Both the position numbers and the translations under genes were made by a program. The notes beneath the pieces are model-generated. The model worked only from the letters and a program-made list of their open reading frames with translations, ran no database searches and was not told where the DNA came from. A stretch of DNA of 39,858 nt from a virus (taxonomy: Duplodnaviria; Caudoviricetes). The stretch is taken from IMG/VR virus record IMGVR_UViG_3300011439_000008, positions 1 through 39,858 of that record. The stretch is one strand, 5' to 3'. Positions 1 to 6,975 of this stretch are shown here, in pieces; the stretch's first letter is position 1; each line of letters begins with the position of its first letter.

Positions 1-123
1 ATTCCCAAGCACCTACACCGATCTTTTTAGACTGGGTGCGGAGTTGCGCTTCCGAACGGGTTTCATAATCCAAGATGAAATAGAGTGGATCTCTCATTGG
101 ATCTCGTGGGGTTGCACCCACTG
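1..123 (+). repeat. Terminal direct repeat, left copy (circularisation overlap)
   Basis: Identical to 39736-39858 (attcccaagc...gcacccactg). Confidence 0.97.
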
Positions 124-360
124 CGTTTCATCCAGGAAAGCGCCACCGAACCACCAACCACATTTCTTGCACAGTTGGTCGTCTTGATCAGTGAGTTTTT
201 GTCCGCCTTGAAACATGTGCGCGTGAACCTCTTCACGCCGAATGAGATCTCGCGCGGCGACTAGAATTAAATCCCCACACCCTTGGCAATAGAGCCGGCT
301 TAGTTTCACGACAAAGACGTTCTTTTTTACTTTTCCCACTCTTCCCATCGGTCTCTCCAA
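94..360 (-). CDS. Small Cys-motif protein, translationally coupled to the DNA polymerase
   Basis: CQGC...CKKC motifs. The TGA at 94-96 overlaps the polymerase ATG at 95-97 across the circular junction. Confidence 0.6.
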   Translation of the reverse strand: MERPMGRVGKVKKNVFVVKLSRLYCQGCGDLILVAARDLIRREEVHAHMFQGGQKLTDQDDQLCKKCGWWFGGAFLDETQWVQPHEIQ

Positions 361-647
361 AGCCCTTCCCGGGCGTTTCGGTAAGCGGTCCCGAACGCCA
401 TATCTATCTTACGTTCACAGCTCCCATCCGGATTCTTTGCAGCTTCATCATAATAGTCCGATGTTGCGTCCCGAAGTGCAATATCTAACCATAAAATTTG
501 GTCCACCAATTCGGAGCGGGTCATGGTTTGGAGTTTCCGCATCCGCGTGTAGTAGTGCGGAAGAGCCGCTTCCGAAATGTTGATGAGCGTGAACACCAAC
601 CAACTAATGGTGAAACCTATGGTCCAAAGTAGAAGTTTCTTTTTCAT
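327..647 (-). CDS. Hypothetical exported or membrane-anchored protein
   Basis: Likely start MKKKLLLWTIGF at 647 after GGAGGG. Hydrophobic N-terminus ends in SEA-A. Confidence 0.6.
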   Translation of the reverse strand: MKKKLLLWTIGFTISWLVFTLINISEAALPHYYTRMRKLQTMTRSELVDQILWLDIALRDATSDYYDEAAKNPDGSCERKIDMAFGTAYRNAREGLWRDRWEEWEK

Positions 648-730
648 CTTTTCAATCCCTCCCTTTTGCCTCATCGGTGAATTCACCGTTGGGCAATACG
701 TCTTTTGGGTCATGAACAAGGTTGCAGCTA

Positions 731-934
731 TTACACAAGGCGAGATCTCCGTTGTAGGATTCCACATTGTCCGATTTGCAGTATTGTCCTGGGCGGCGTT
801 AGCCACCAACCGAGAATTTTTACTGCCCCGCAACCGCGACAAAATGATGTCGGGACTAGTATGCTGTCCCAATCATCTTTTGCCCACCATTGGTGCATCC
901 CGAAGTAACAGAAAAAGATGCGAAAGAATTTCAC
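731..934 (-). CDS. Small zinc-binding phage protein (DUF1660-like pattern)
   Basis: FFCYFGMHQW...CRGCG matches the C-x2-G-x-H-x-W...CxxCG pattern. Its start overlaps the stop of the upstream gene. Confidence 0.55.
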   Translation of the reverse strand: MKFFRIFFCYFGMHQWWAKDDWDSILVPTSFCRGCGAVKILGWWLTPPRTILQIGQCGILQRRSRLV

Positions 935-1122
935 TTTTTAAAATCCTCTTTGGGCGGTACGCACTTGAGGGCGGAAAACCGAAGCCACTCACTGAGATTG
1001 CCCCCGGTAAATCGCTTCGCGTTTACCATGATGGCGGCCAGTTCATCTTTGGTTGCCCGAAAGACCAACACCTCTTCGCGCGCTTCAGCTTGTTTAGTAG
1101 GTTTAAGCTTTGCCGCTTTCAT
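931..1122 (-). CDS. Ribbon-helix-helix (MobC/CopG-like) DNA-binding protein
   Basis: REEVLVFRATKDELAAIMVNAKRFTGGNLSEWLRFSALK has the strand-helix-G-x-x-S-x-x-x-R-helix pattern. Confidence 0.65.
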   Translation of the reverse strand: MKAAKLKPTKQAEAREEVLVFRATKDELAAIMVNAKRFTGGNLSEWLRFSALKCVPPKEDFKK

Positions 1123-1312
1123 TCTCTTTCGCTTTCTCCCGGACGTACTGACTAGAGGCACGACCCATTTTAATTGTCGTATAGACGAACCACACCAAGA
1201 AAAGGGCGGTTAAAATCCCGAATCCCCAAGCCAGTTCGGTTTGATACGTGAGCCAAAAGCTCGCGTGCGGGTTAATGTCGTTGATGGTGACTTCAGTGAT
1301 TTTCTCTTTCAT
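1103..1312 (-). CDS. Small single-pass membrane protein
   Basis: Hydrophobic stretch LAWGFGILTALFLVWFVY; part of a chain of overlapping genes. Confidence 0.55.
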   Translation of the reverse strand: MKEKITEVTINDINPHASFWLTYQTELAWGFGILTALFLVWFVYTTIKMGRASSQYVREKAKENESGKA

Positions 1313-1527
1313 TTTAATTCAATCCTTGCACATTTTTGGTGTTGCATGCGGAGACCGCGAATCAGCTCCGCAAAAATAATCATACGTTGCGTGTTGGAAA
1401 GATTCGCCCGGTTCAAAATCCCCACGATATCTTTCTGCATGTCGATAGCGATTTTAAAATGGTGAGAGGCTTTTAGGTATCGCCTTTCAGCCGCTTTGCT
1501 CGATTTGATTTTTACTTTAATACTCAT
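1309..1527 (-). CDS. Hypothetical protein
   Basis: Preceded by AGGAAAA; stop overlaps the next start. Confidence 0.55.
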   Translation of the reverse strand: MSIKVKIKSSKAAERRYLKASHHFKIAIDMQKDIVGILNRANLSNTQRMIIFAELIRGLRMQHQKCARIELK

Positions 1528-1534
1528 TTTCCTT

Positions 1535-1786
1535 TTACCTTCCTATTATGGGCTCAAAATTTTCATAACTCTTACACCCCATCCAAGCTTTGATGGTAAT
1601 GCGCCTTTGACCCGACTCTCTGATATCCGGCATGCGGCTGGAAAACAAGTCCGAAGGTGGCTCTTGAATCAAACCATATTCAATGTTCACTTCGCATCCG
1701 TCAAAGCGGGGCCACACAATGGGAATATCCGCCTCATCGCAAACCAGAATAATCTTTCTCAACGTGAACCGTTTATTTAATTTCAC
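1535..1786 (-). CDS. Hypothetical protein
   Basis: Tiles the early operon with a GTGA overlap. Confidence 0.5.
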   Translation of the reverse strand: MKLNKRFTLRKIILVCDEADIPIVWPRFDGCEVNIEYGLIQEPPSDLFSSRMPDIRESGQRRITIKAWMGCKSYENFEPIIGR

Positions 1787-2061
1787 GCCGCTTTGCCTTT
1801 CTTTTTCCAGCCCACTTTCTCCATCACCAAGTATTCAATAAGTGCTCGACGATCGAAGAAACTCATGCCGTCGCAAACTCGGTTCAGCGCTTGGATAGCA
1901 AGCTTCAACGTGGGACTTTCATTCTTTTTGAACTTGGCATCTGCGCGGTCTTTGGCGCGTTTAATATCCACTAGAGCGTCTTCAGCTTCCCACTTCGGGT
2001 TATCAACGGGTGCAAAAATGGCCAAATCAAAAGCACACATTGTTAGGTAAATCAGTTTCAC
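1783..2061 (-). CDS. Hypothetical protein
   Basis: GTGA overlaps on both sides. Confidence 0.55.
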   Translation of the reverse strand: MKLIYLTMCAFDLAIFAPVDNPKWEAEDALVDIKRAKDRADAKFKKNESPTLKLAIQALNRVCDGMSFFDRRALIEYLVMEKVGWKKKGKAA

Positions 2062-2240
2062 GGTTCCTTCTTTCTCGATTCATACACGGCGAATCCGATA
2101 ATTAAGAGCACGCCCGCACTGAAGGTTGCGAGTGACGTGATTCGCATTTTCATCCATTCGATATCTGTGAACGCGAAAATCGTGGCGGATAAAATCAAAC
2201 CTAGACCAAAAGAAACTGGGTTAAACGGTGAGAGTTTCAT
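2058..2240 (-). CDS. Small two-TM membrane protein
   Basis: Likely start MKLSPF at 2240; two hydrophobic segments. Confidence 0.55.
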   Translation of the reverse strand: MKLSPFNPVSFGLGLILSATIFAFTDIEWMKMRITSLATFSAGVLLIIGFAVYESRKKEP

Positions 2241-2244
2241 TTTT

Positions 2245-2430
2245 CTACCTTTCCAAAAGTGCCCAAATAAAAGCTGCAACAGGGATGCAGCATGCGAGTA
2301 TCAAAGGAATCAACAGGCTCACTTCTAAACCTCTTGCAATGTACATCCATCGGCGGTCAAGACGGCATTGCATGCACTTACAACAAAATAAACAGTGCTT
2401 TCCATAACACACGTGTTGGTGTTGTCTCAT
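2245..2430 (-). CDS. Cys/His-rich small membrane protein
   Basis: HQHVC..KHCLFCCKCMQC followed by a hydrophobic C-terminus; ATGA overlap. Confidence 0.5.
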   Translation of the reverse strand: MRQHQHVCYGKHCLFCCKCMQCRLDRRWMYIARGLEVSLLIPLILACCIPVAAFIWALLER

Positions 2431-2633
2431 TTCTCGATCCAATACTTACTAAGATTGGTATAAATCGGAGATATTTGCATTTGTCGAATCAGTTCATCAT
2501 CACTTTTATCATGGCAAAACTCACGGTTAAATTCTTTTACCTTTTTCAAAGCAAATTCGATCGAAACTTTTTCCACTTGGTCACTGTCAGGTTTTACCCT
2601 AAACGCCCTTTTCTGTTTGAATGCTTTTTTCAT
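2427..2633 (-). CDS. Hypothetical protein
   Basis: ATGA overlaps on both sides. Confidence 0.55.
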   Translation of the reverse strand: MKKAFKQKRAFRVKPDSDQVEKVSIEFALKKVKEFNREFCHDKSDDELIRQMQISPIYTNLSKYWIEK

Positions 2634-3001
2634 TTCTTAAATCTCCCAAGTTCCGCTAGATCATTGAGCATTCTGAGATAATCAGGCAAATTTTCCTTGG
2701 GATAAAACGCATGCCCACCGGCTTTGCGAAACTCCTCGGCCATGTCGTCATTGCCACCACTGCACATAAAAACGATGGTGCCGGGGTACTTCGCAAGCAA
2801 TTCCTTGGTAAAGTCCATGCCATCCATCACGGGCATGTCTAAATCTGTACTCACCACGTCGAATTTGTCTGGCGAGTAAGCCTCAAGACCTTGCTTGCCA
2901 TCTTCGGCAACCGTGACGGTCCACCCGAACTTGGTGAGACGCATATGCATCATGTCGTAAATAAGGGAATCGTTTTCAACAATTAAGATTCGTTTGGCCA
3001 T
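2630..3001 (-). CDS. Single-domain response regulator receiver (CheY/DivK-like)
   Basis: RILIVEND, VAEDGKQGLE, phosphoacceptor DLDMPVMDG, MCSG, FYPK. Preceded by AAAGGAG. Confidence 0.93.
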   Translation of the reverse strand: MAKRILIVENDSLIYDMMHMRLTKFGWTVTVAEDGKQGLEAYSPDKFDVVSTDLDMPVMDGMDFTKELLAKYPGTIVFMCSGGNDDMAEEFRKAGGHAFYPKENLPDYLRMLNDLAELGRFKK

Positions 3002-3195
3002 TTGAAATCTCCTTTTTCAAGTAACGGGACAAGAAAATGGACCAACATCTCGGCGTCTTGCTTTCCGAGCTTCACTTTAAACACACGACTGTGCTTTTTT
3101 TCCGTCATGTAAAAGATTTCTATCTCCCACTGATCCGTGGCGGGCTTGTGAACTTTCGCAAGTTTAACGATGCTTCCCCGGCGGAACTTACTCAT
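2983..3195 (-). CDS. Hypothetical protein
   Basis: Likely start MSKFRRG at 3195. Confidence 0.5.
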   Translation of the reverse strand: MSKFRRGSIVKLAKVHKPATDQWEIEIFYMTEKKHSRVFKVKLGKQDAEMLVHFLVPLLEKGDFKWPNES

Positions 3196-3370
3196 CGTCT
3201 TGCTCCAAGTCCGCGCGCTCAAGGCGCTGCAATTCCAAACAATGAGCTTTCGAGCAAGCCGTGTGCTCATGCTCAACCCATTTGGTGGCACTAAGGTCTT
3301 TGCCGCAAAGGTCGCAATTGCCGCCGGTGGTGTTTTCGATTTTACGGGGTTCGCCGAATAGAGGTTTCAT
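3188..3370 (-). CDS. Small zinc-finger-like protein
   Basis: CDLCG...HEHTACSKAHC. Confidence 0.5.
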   Translation of the reverse strand: MKPLFGEPRKIENTTGGNCDLCGKDLSATKWVEHEHTACSKAHCLELQRLERADLEQDDE

Positions 3371-3495
3371 TTGCCACCTTGCCTTTGGTCGGCGGGCACG
3401 CCGCGAATCATCTCGAAATAGGTAAACCAGCTAATCAAGCCCTGAGAGAGGGCGGCGGCCAGGTTTGCTTTGTCGATGTTTTTTAGGTTGCTCAT
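3367..3495 (-). CDS. 42-aa protein not in the ORF track, probably leaderless
   Basis: MSNLKNIDKANLAAALSQGLISWFTYFEMIRGVPADQRQGGK. Its stop overlaps the next ATG (ATGA). Confidence 0.6.
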   Translation of the reverse strand: MSNLKNIDKANLAAALSQGLISWFTYFEMIRGVPADQRQGGK

Positions 3496-3501
3496 GAATA
3501 C

Positions 3502-3530
3502 AGTATGACAAAAACGTATGACAAAAGCAA
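3502..3530 (-). promoter_or_regulatory. Sigma70-type early promoter overlapped by an 11-bp direct repeat
   Basis: On the minus strand: TTGCTT-N17-CATACT with an extended TG. GTATGACAAAA occurs at 3503-3513 and 3516-3526. Confidence 0.65.
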
Positions 3531-3550
3531 GGGCAAAGATTGTGAATAAA

Positions 3551-3919
3551 TTACAAAGTTTCGTCGGGTGGCGGGTTGTATTTTTTGGGTGACGTGATTT
3601 TAATTGGCGGCTGAGAAGGCGGATTGGCCTCTATACGCGCGACTAAATCCACAAGAGCGTTGGGCTTAAGCATTTCAGCCGCACACCATGCCATCATATC
3701 CGCCGTCATCTCTGCTATAACTGGATTCACCTCCGGTTGTGGGCGCTTTATATGCACTTCCACGGTAACGTCTTCCAATTTGGCATTGGTCAAAGTTACT
3801 TCCAACTGCGCTATCCGATCGGTCTCAACTACATGCTCTATGCCGCGAGTAAACGCGTCTACCACTTGTGCCCAAACGGCGGAGTCAACCGCAATTACCG
3901 TTTTAAATCTTTCAGCCAT
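3551..3919 (-). CDS. Hypothetical protein
   Basis: 122-aa ORF with a Pro-rich tail that tiles the operon. Confidence 0.55.
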   Translation of the reverse strand: MAERFKTVIAVDSAVWAQVVDAFTRGIEHVVETDRIAQLEVTLTNAKLEDVTVEVHIKRPQPEVNPVIAEMTADMMAWCAAEMLKPNALVDLVARIEANPPSQPPIKITSPKKYNPPPDETL

Positions 3920-3920
3920 T

Positions 3921-4136
3921 TCACTTCCCGATCCGTATCTTGGTAGGGTTAAACTCGTTTAGACGCCCACATTTCACGCATCGACCCGCCAAAGTTGAGC
4001 GGGCTTCAAAGATTGCCGATCGACCGATATTAGGCCAATCTCTATCTTCGTCTTTTAAACCACTTCCCATAGTGGCAATCTTATAGAGTGACCTTTTGAA
4101 TTGTTTCTCTCGGTTCACTTTCTTTGGCTTTTTCAC
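3921..4136 (-). CDS. Hypothetical basic protein with CxxC
   Basis: GTGA overlap; RCVKCG. Confidence 0.5.
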   Translation of the reverse strand: MKKPKKVNREKQFKRSLYKIATMGSGLKDEDRDWPNIGRSAIFEARSTLAGRCVKCGRLNEFNPTKIRIGK

Positions 4137-4531
4137 CTGAGATCTCCCAACTCCCGCGACACCATGTGTTCCTTGATGATTGAGAGTAAAACTTGCCCCA
4201 CGATTTGAGCCCGCTTAGTATCAAAGACTTGTTTCTTGGGAGGTGGGTCCCAACACATCGACGCCGCGCCGATTGCTTCACCGATAGCCTTGATCACCTC
4301 TTCCGGCACCTCGGTCTCTTTTTTCAGTAGGCGCTGATCGAATGTGAGCCGGGCGGAAAACCGCCCTGTCATTAACTCGCCATCCACTTCTAAAGTGACC
4401 TTGGTGAGTTGGGAACAAGCTTGGCGAAAGGCGTGATGCACCTTAGCCCGACCACCAAAAAATGCGTAGATATGGTCGTTGGTAAATAGAGTTTTCGCGT
4501 ATTCTAAGTTTTTCTCTTCGTCATGGATCAT
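4133..4531 (-). CDS. Hypothetical protein
   Basis: Likely start MIHDEEK at 4531 after AGGAG; TAATG coupling to the upstream gene. Confidence 0.6.
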   Translation of the reverse strand: MIHDEEKNLEYAKTLFTNDHIYAFFGGRAKVHHAFRQACSQLTKVTLEVDGELMTGRFSARLTFDQRLLKKETEVPEEVIKAIGEAIGAASMCWDPPPKKQVFDTKRAQIVGQVLLSIIKEHMVSRELGDLR

Positions 4532-4746
4532 TATTTTAACTCCTGTTTGTCGCCGACAAAACAGTGGAACACCGATCGGTCTGAGTCTTTTCTGAGAGTA
4601 GATTTTGAAATATAAAATGTTCGGGTACTGTTGTGGCACCAAACGGTGAAATAGACGCGGTGTAAAATGGGGTCGGCGTGCTGTCGAAAATCTGTCACCT
4701 GGCGTTTACACACTTCACAGATAAGAACGATAGGTTGGGTGGTCAT
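4531..4746 (-). CDS. Small zinc-ribbon-like protein
   Basis: CEVCK...VWCH. Confidence 0.55.
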   Translation of the reverse strand: MTTQPIVLICEVCKRQVTDFRQHADPILHRVYFTVWCHNSTRTFYISKSTLRKDSDRSVFHCFVGDKQELK

Positions 4747-4764
4747 GGCGGTGGAGACCTTTCA

Positions 4765-4836
4765 TTTAAAAAAGCGCGGTGGGTTCTAGGGGATCGCCTA
4801 GTGTGTGAGTGTGTAAGAAACTCCCACCGCGCTTTT
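4765..4836 (-). terminator. Long-stem structure followed by a U-tract (terminator or structured RNA)
   Basis: Perfect 14-bp inverted repeat, 4770-4783 with 4823-4836. The minus strand ends GCGCTTTTTT. Confidence 0.6.
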
Positions 4837-4849
4837 CTTATTCGACCGC

Positions 4850-5197
4850 TTAGGTCAAATCCTCTTCCGTTTTCGGCGGGTGGCTCACGTTACCCGCACC
4901 GCTGTCGTCATCTACAGGAAGTTCGGGTTTCTTTTTAGCCGCGTCACCGGTCTTTGGTTTGGGTGTCTTCCCCTTTGGTGGGGAGACGGCGCTTCCATCC
5001 TCTTCTTTCGCGGCCACGGGTTCCGGCCCGTTTTTAACATCCGGACGTGCCCCTTCACGCGTGAGCCGTTTCTGCTTGCTCACGTAGATTTGTTTCGCGT
5101 CGCGAACGAGCGCCAACATCATCGCGTCTTCGCGAGTTGATTTGTTTTTCAGCTCCGCTTCCAGTTCGTCCAGGAGATAAGATAGTTTCTCTTGCAT
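4850..5197 (-). CDS. Hypothetical protein with a disordered K/P/D-rich C-terminus
   Basis: 115-aa ORF. Confidence 0.55.
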   Translation of the reverse strand: MQEKLSYLLDELEAELKNKSTREDAMMLALVRDAKQIYVSKQKRLTREGARPDVKNGPEPVAAKEEDGSAVSPPKGKTPKPKTGDAAKKKPELPVDDDSGAGNVSHPPKTEEDLT

Positions 5198-5357
5198 TGT
5201 CTTTTGCCTTTCGTTTTTTGTTCACGCAATTCATACACCCGGGTGACTCATCGATGACCTTCCACACTCGTTCAAGTGCGGGGGCCGTTAAGGTGTAATC
5301 CGTCCCGCAATGCTGGCATGGGGCATTTACTTTGAAAAGATATTTGATCGGCTTCAT
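5055..5357 (-). CDS. Zinc-finger-like protein
   Basis: CQHCG...CMNC. The 3' part overlaps the next gene. Confidence 0.5.
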   Translation of the reverse strand: MKPIKYLFKVNAPCQHCGTDYTLTAPALERVWKVIDESPGCMNCVNKKRKAKDNARETILSPGRTGSGAEKQINSRRRDDVGARSRRETNLREQAETAHA

Positions 5358-5635
5358 TAGGTGTCCCGTGCGGTGCCAATTCCAGACCGTGGTGCGGGTC
5401 CAGGTGTGTTACGGGGAAGTTCCGCCGAGGGGATACGTTCCCAACTCCATCCCGAGTACCACGTCCAATTAGGGTTATATCGTTCTACTACTTCTCCTCT
5501 GGGAACACCTTTCATAACTCTTCGGATCTTGGGTTGTTCAAATCCGAATTGTTGGAAGTGTTCTTGAGCGCTTCCCAATTCTTCTAAACCCGCCTGCACC
5601 ATCTGTCTGTCATCATCGTCAACCGGATTCACCAT
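5357..5635 (-). CDS. Hypothetical protein
   Basis: Likely start MVNPVDD at 5635 after AAGGGGG. Confidence 0.5.
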   Translation of the reverse strand: MVNPVDDDDRQMVQAGLEELGSAQEHFQQFGFEQPKIRRVMKGVPRGEVVERYNPNWTWYSGWSWERIPSAELPRNTPGPAPRSGIGTARDT

Positions 5636-5752
5636 CTTTATTTTCCCCCTTAGTAAGAGGCGGCGGGCCAAGCACGGATCGCAGCTTGAGATATGCCGAG
5701 CCCTTACGGGCACCCACCACCTTCGGTTGTCCACTCAACGCGGAGACCGATC

Positions 5753-5956
5753 CTAGTCAATATTCTCGTAAAAACGCCTCAACGCTTCCATCTGTTTGTC
5801 GCTCAGGTCCAGCCGATCGTCGAATTGCTCACGTAAAGATTCGATGAACGAGTGAACTTGATTGCCTTCGCTTTCAAAATAGATTTCCAGTTCCGAAAGC
5901 ATGTGCTCAATCAGTTTTTGACGTTCAATGCGTTTTTCGATTTGTGCCCGATTCAT
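5753..5956 (-). CDS. Small phage protein (F-x2-S-L...LSxKQ type)
   Basis: SFIESLREQFDDRLDLSDKQMEAL; abuts the SSB stop. Confidence 0.65.
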   Translation of the reverse strand: MNRAQIEKRIERQKLIEHMLSELEIYFESEGNQVHSFIESLREQFDDRLDLSDKQMEALRRFYENID

Positions 5957-6544
5957 TCAAAAACCTGCGTCATCATCGTCGTCACCGTCGCCGCTTGAAT
6001 CGTCTTCATCCGACTCGGTATCTTCCACGGCGTCAAAAACATCCTTAGGGTCTTTGCGGCCAGAAAACCGCTTCCCTTTTTTAATGTATTGGATGTTTTC
6101 CAACCCAAACGCAACACCATCTTCATAGGTGAAGGCATTTAATTCGGCCCGGACAAAATCACCGGCGAGCGCCTTGCCGTCGGCTTCGGTCAACTCCGTT
6201 TCCCCGTCCGCATCGACAACGCCCGGCGGATTGATGGCGTAGGCTGTGACATAAATGGTGTCTTTGTAGCCTTCCAAGTCTTTTTTCTCGTTTCCATCTT
6301 TAAACGTCTTGTGTTTAAATTTGGGCCACTTATCTTTATCCTTGCCCCACTTCTCTTCGATCGCGGCTCGGCGTGCTTTCTTAAGCGGCGTCAAGTCTTC
6401 GTTCTTGTCAAAAAGAAGAGTGGCACCGAAACGGGTCTTTCCCTTGTAAGTACGCGCCTTGAAGATGGCCGGAAAACTCAAGCGTCCCTCGGGCGTCACA
6501 CAACGTTTCTTCTCGCGGTATTTTTTCTTTTCTGCTGCATTCAT
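5957..6544 (-). CDS. Single-stranded DNA-binding protein (DUF2815 / T7 gp2.5-like)
   Basis: TPEGRLSFPAIF, FKDG, GVAFGLENIQYIKKGKRFSG, and an acidic tail ending in F. Confidence 0.9.
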   Translation of the reverse strand: MNAAEKKKYREKKRCVTPEGRLSFPAIFKARTYKGKTRFGATLLFDKNEDLTPLKKARRAAIEEKWGKDKDKWPKFKHKTFKDGNEKKDLEGYKDTIYVTAYAINPPGVVDADGETELTEADGKALAGDFVRAELNAFTYEDGVAFGLENIQYIKKGKRFSGRKDPKDVFDAVEDTESDEDDSSGDGDDDDDAGF

Positions 6545-6584
6545 TTGGTTTGCCTTTCAATGCATTTAATTTGCGTTATTTAAA

Positions 6585-6611
6585 GTGGCGGTGCCGACTT
6601 CTCACCGCCAC
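6585..6611 (-). terminator. 9-bp GC-rich hairpin (weak terminator or stabiliser)
   Basis: GTGGCGGTG-N9-CACCGCCAC followed by TTTAAAT on the minus strand. Confidence 0.55.
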
Positions 6612-6621
6612 CCCGACAAAA

Positions 6622-6714
6622 CTATTCAAGTTCAAAAAGTTCTAGCTGTCTCGGCTCGAAAAGATCGAGCTGGCTTTCATCATTTAGTACGATCTCATTT
6701 GTTTCATCCTCCAT
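6622..6714 (-). CDS. 30-aa acidic micropeptide with tandem beta-clamp-binding motifs
   Basis: Manual translation gives MEDETNEIVLNDESQLDLFEPRQLELFELE*. GGAGGAG lies 8 nt upstream. It fills the gap between two co-oriented genes. Confidence 0.8.
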   Translation of the reverse strand: MEDETNEIVLNDESQLDLFEPRQLELFELE

Positions 6715-6732
6715 GTTTTCCACTCCTCCACT

Positions 6733-6975
6733 TTAAGTCTTTTTAACGTGCGAACCTCGGACGGCACCCGTTTGATGAAGTGCTGAAACGCATATTCGGT
6801 AAAGCGCCATGCCCCAATGTTCAGCCGTTGTGTATTGGTCGGGAGAAATTTTCTTCAGTCGCTCTTGGTCAATGCCTTCTAAGAAAACGTTAAACCCCAC
6901 CCCGTCTTCTTTGGGGCCGGTCTCCTCGATAACAATCATCACCCGCTTTGAACCTGGCTTTGCTTCAATCGACAT
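6733..6975 (-). CDS. Hypothetical protein
   Basis: 80-aa ORF overlapping the nuclease stop. Confidence 0.6.
   Translation of the reverse strand: MSIEAKPGSKRVMIVIEETGPKEDGVGFNVFLEGIDQERLKKISPDQYTTAEHWGMALYRICVSALHQTGAVRGSHVKKT

Noticed and set aside
1-123. 123-bp terminal repeat as a biological direct terminal repeat
   Set aside because: It cuts through the polymerase gene start and its upstream gene, so it is most simply an assembly circularisation overlap. Read-end mapping would be needed to claim real termini.
577-1155. 192-aa plus-strand ORF and other long antisense ORFs (for example 18804-19595, 22213-23235, 15876-16511)
   Set aside because: They are shadows of well-supported genes on the opposite strand.
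3503-3526. TGTCAT direct repeat as a Pho box
   Set aside because: The period is 13 bp, not the 11 bp of PhoB-type boxes.
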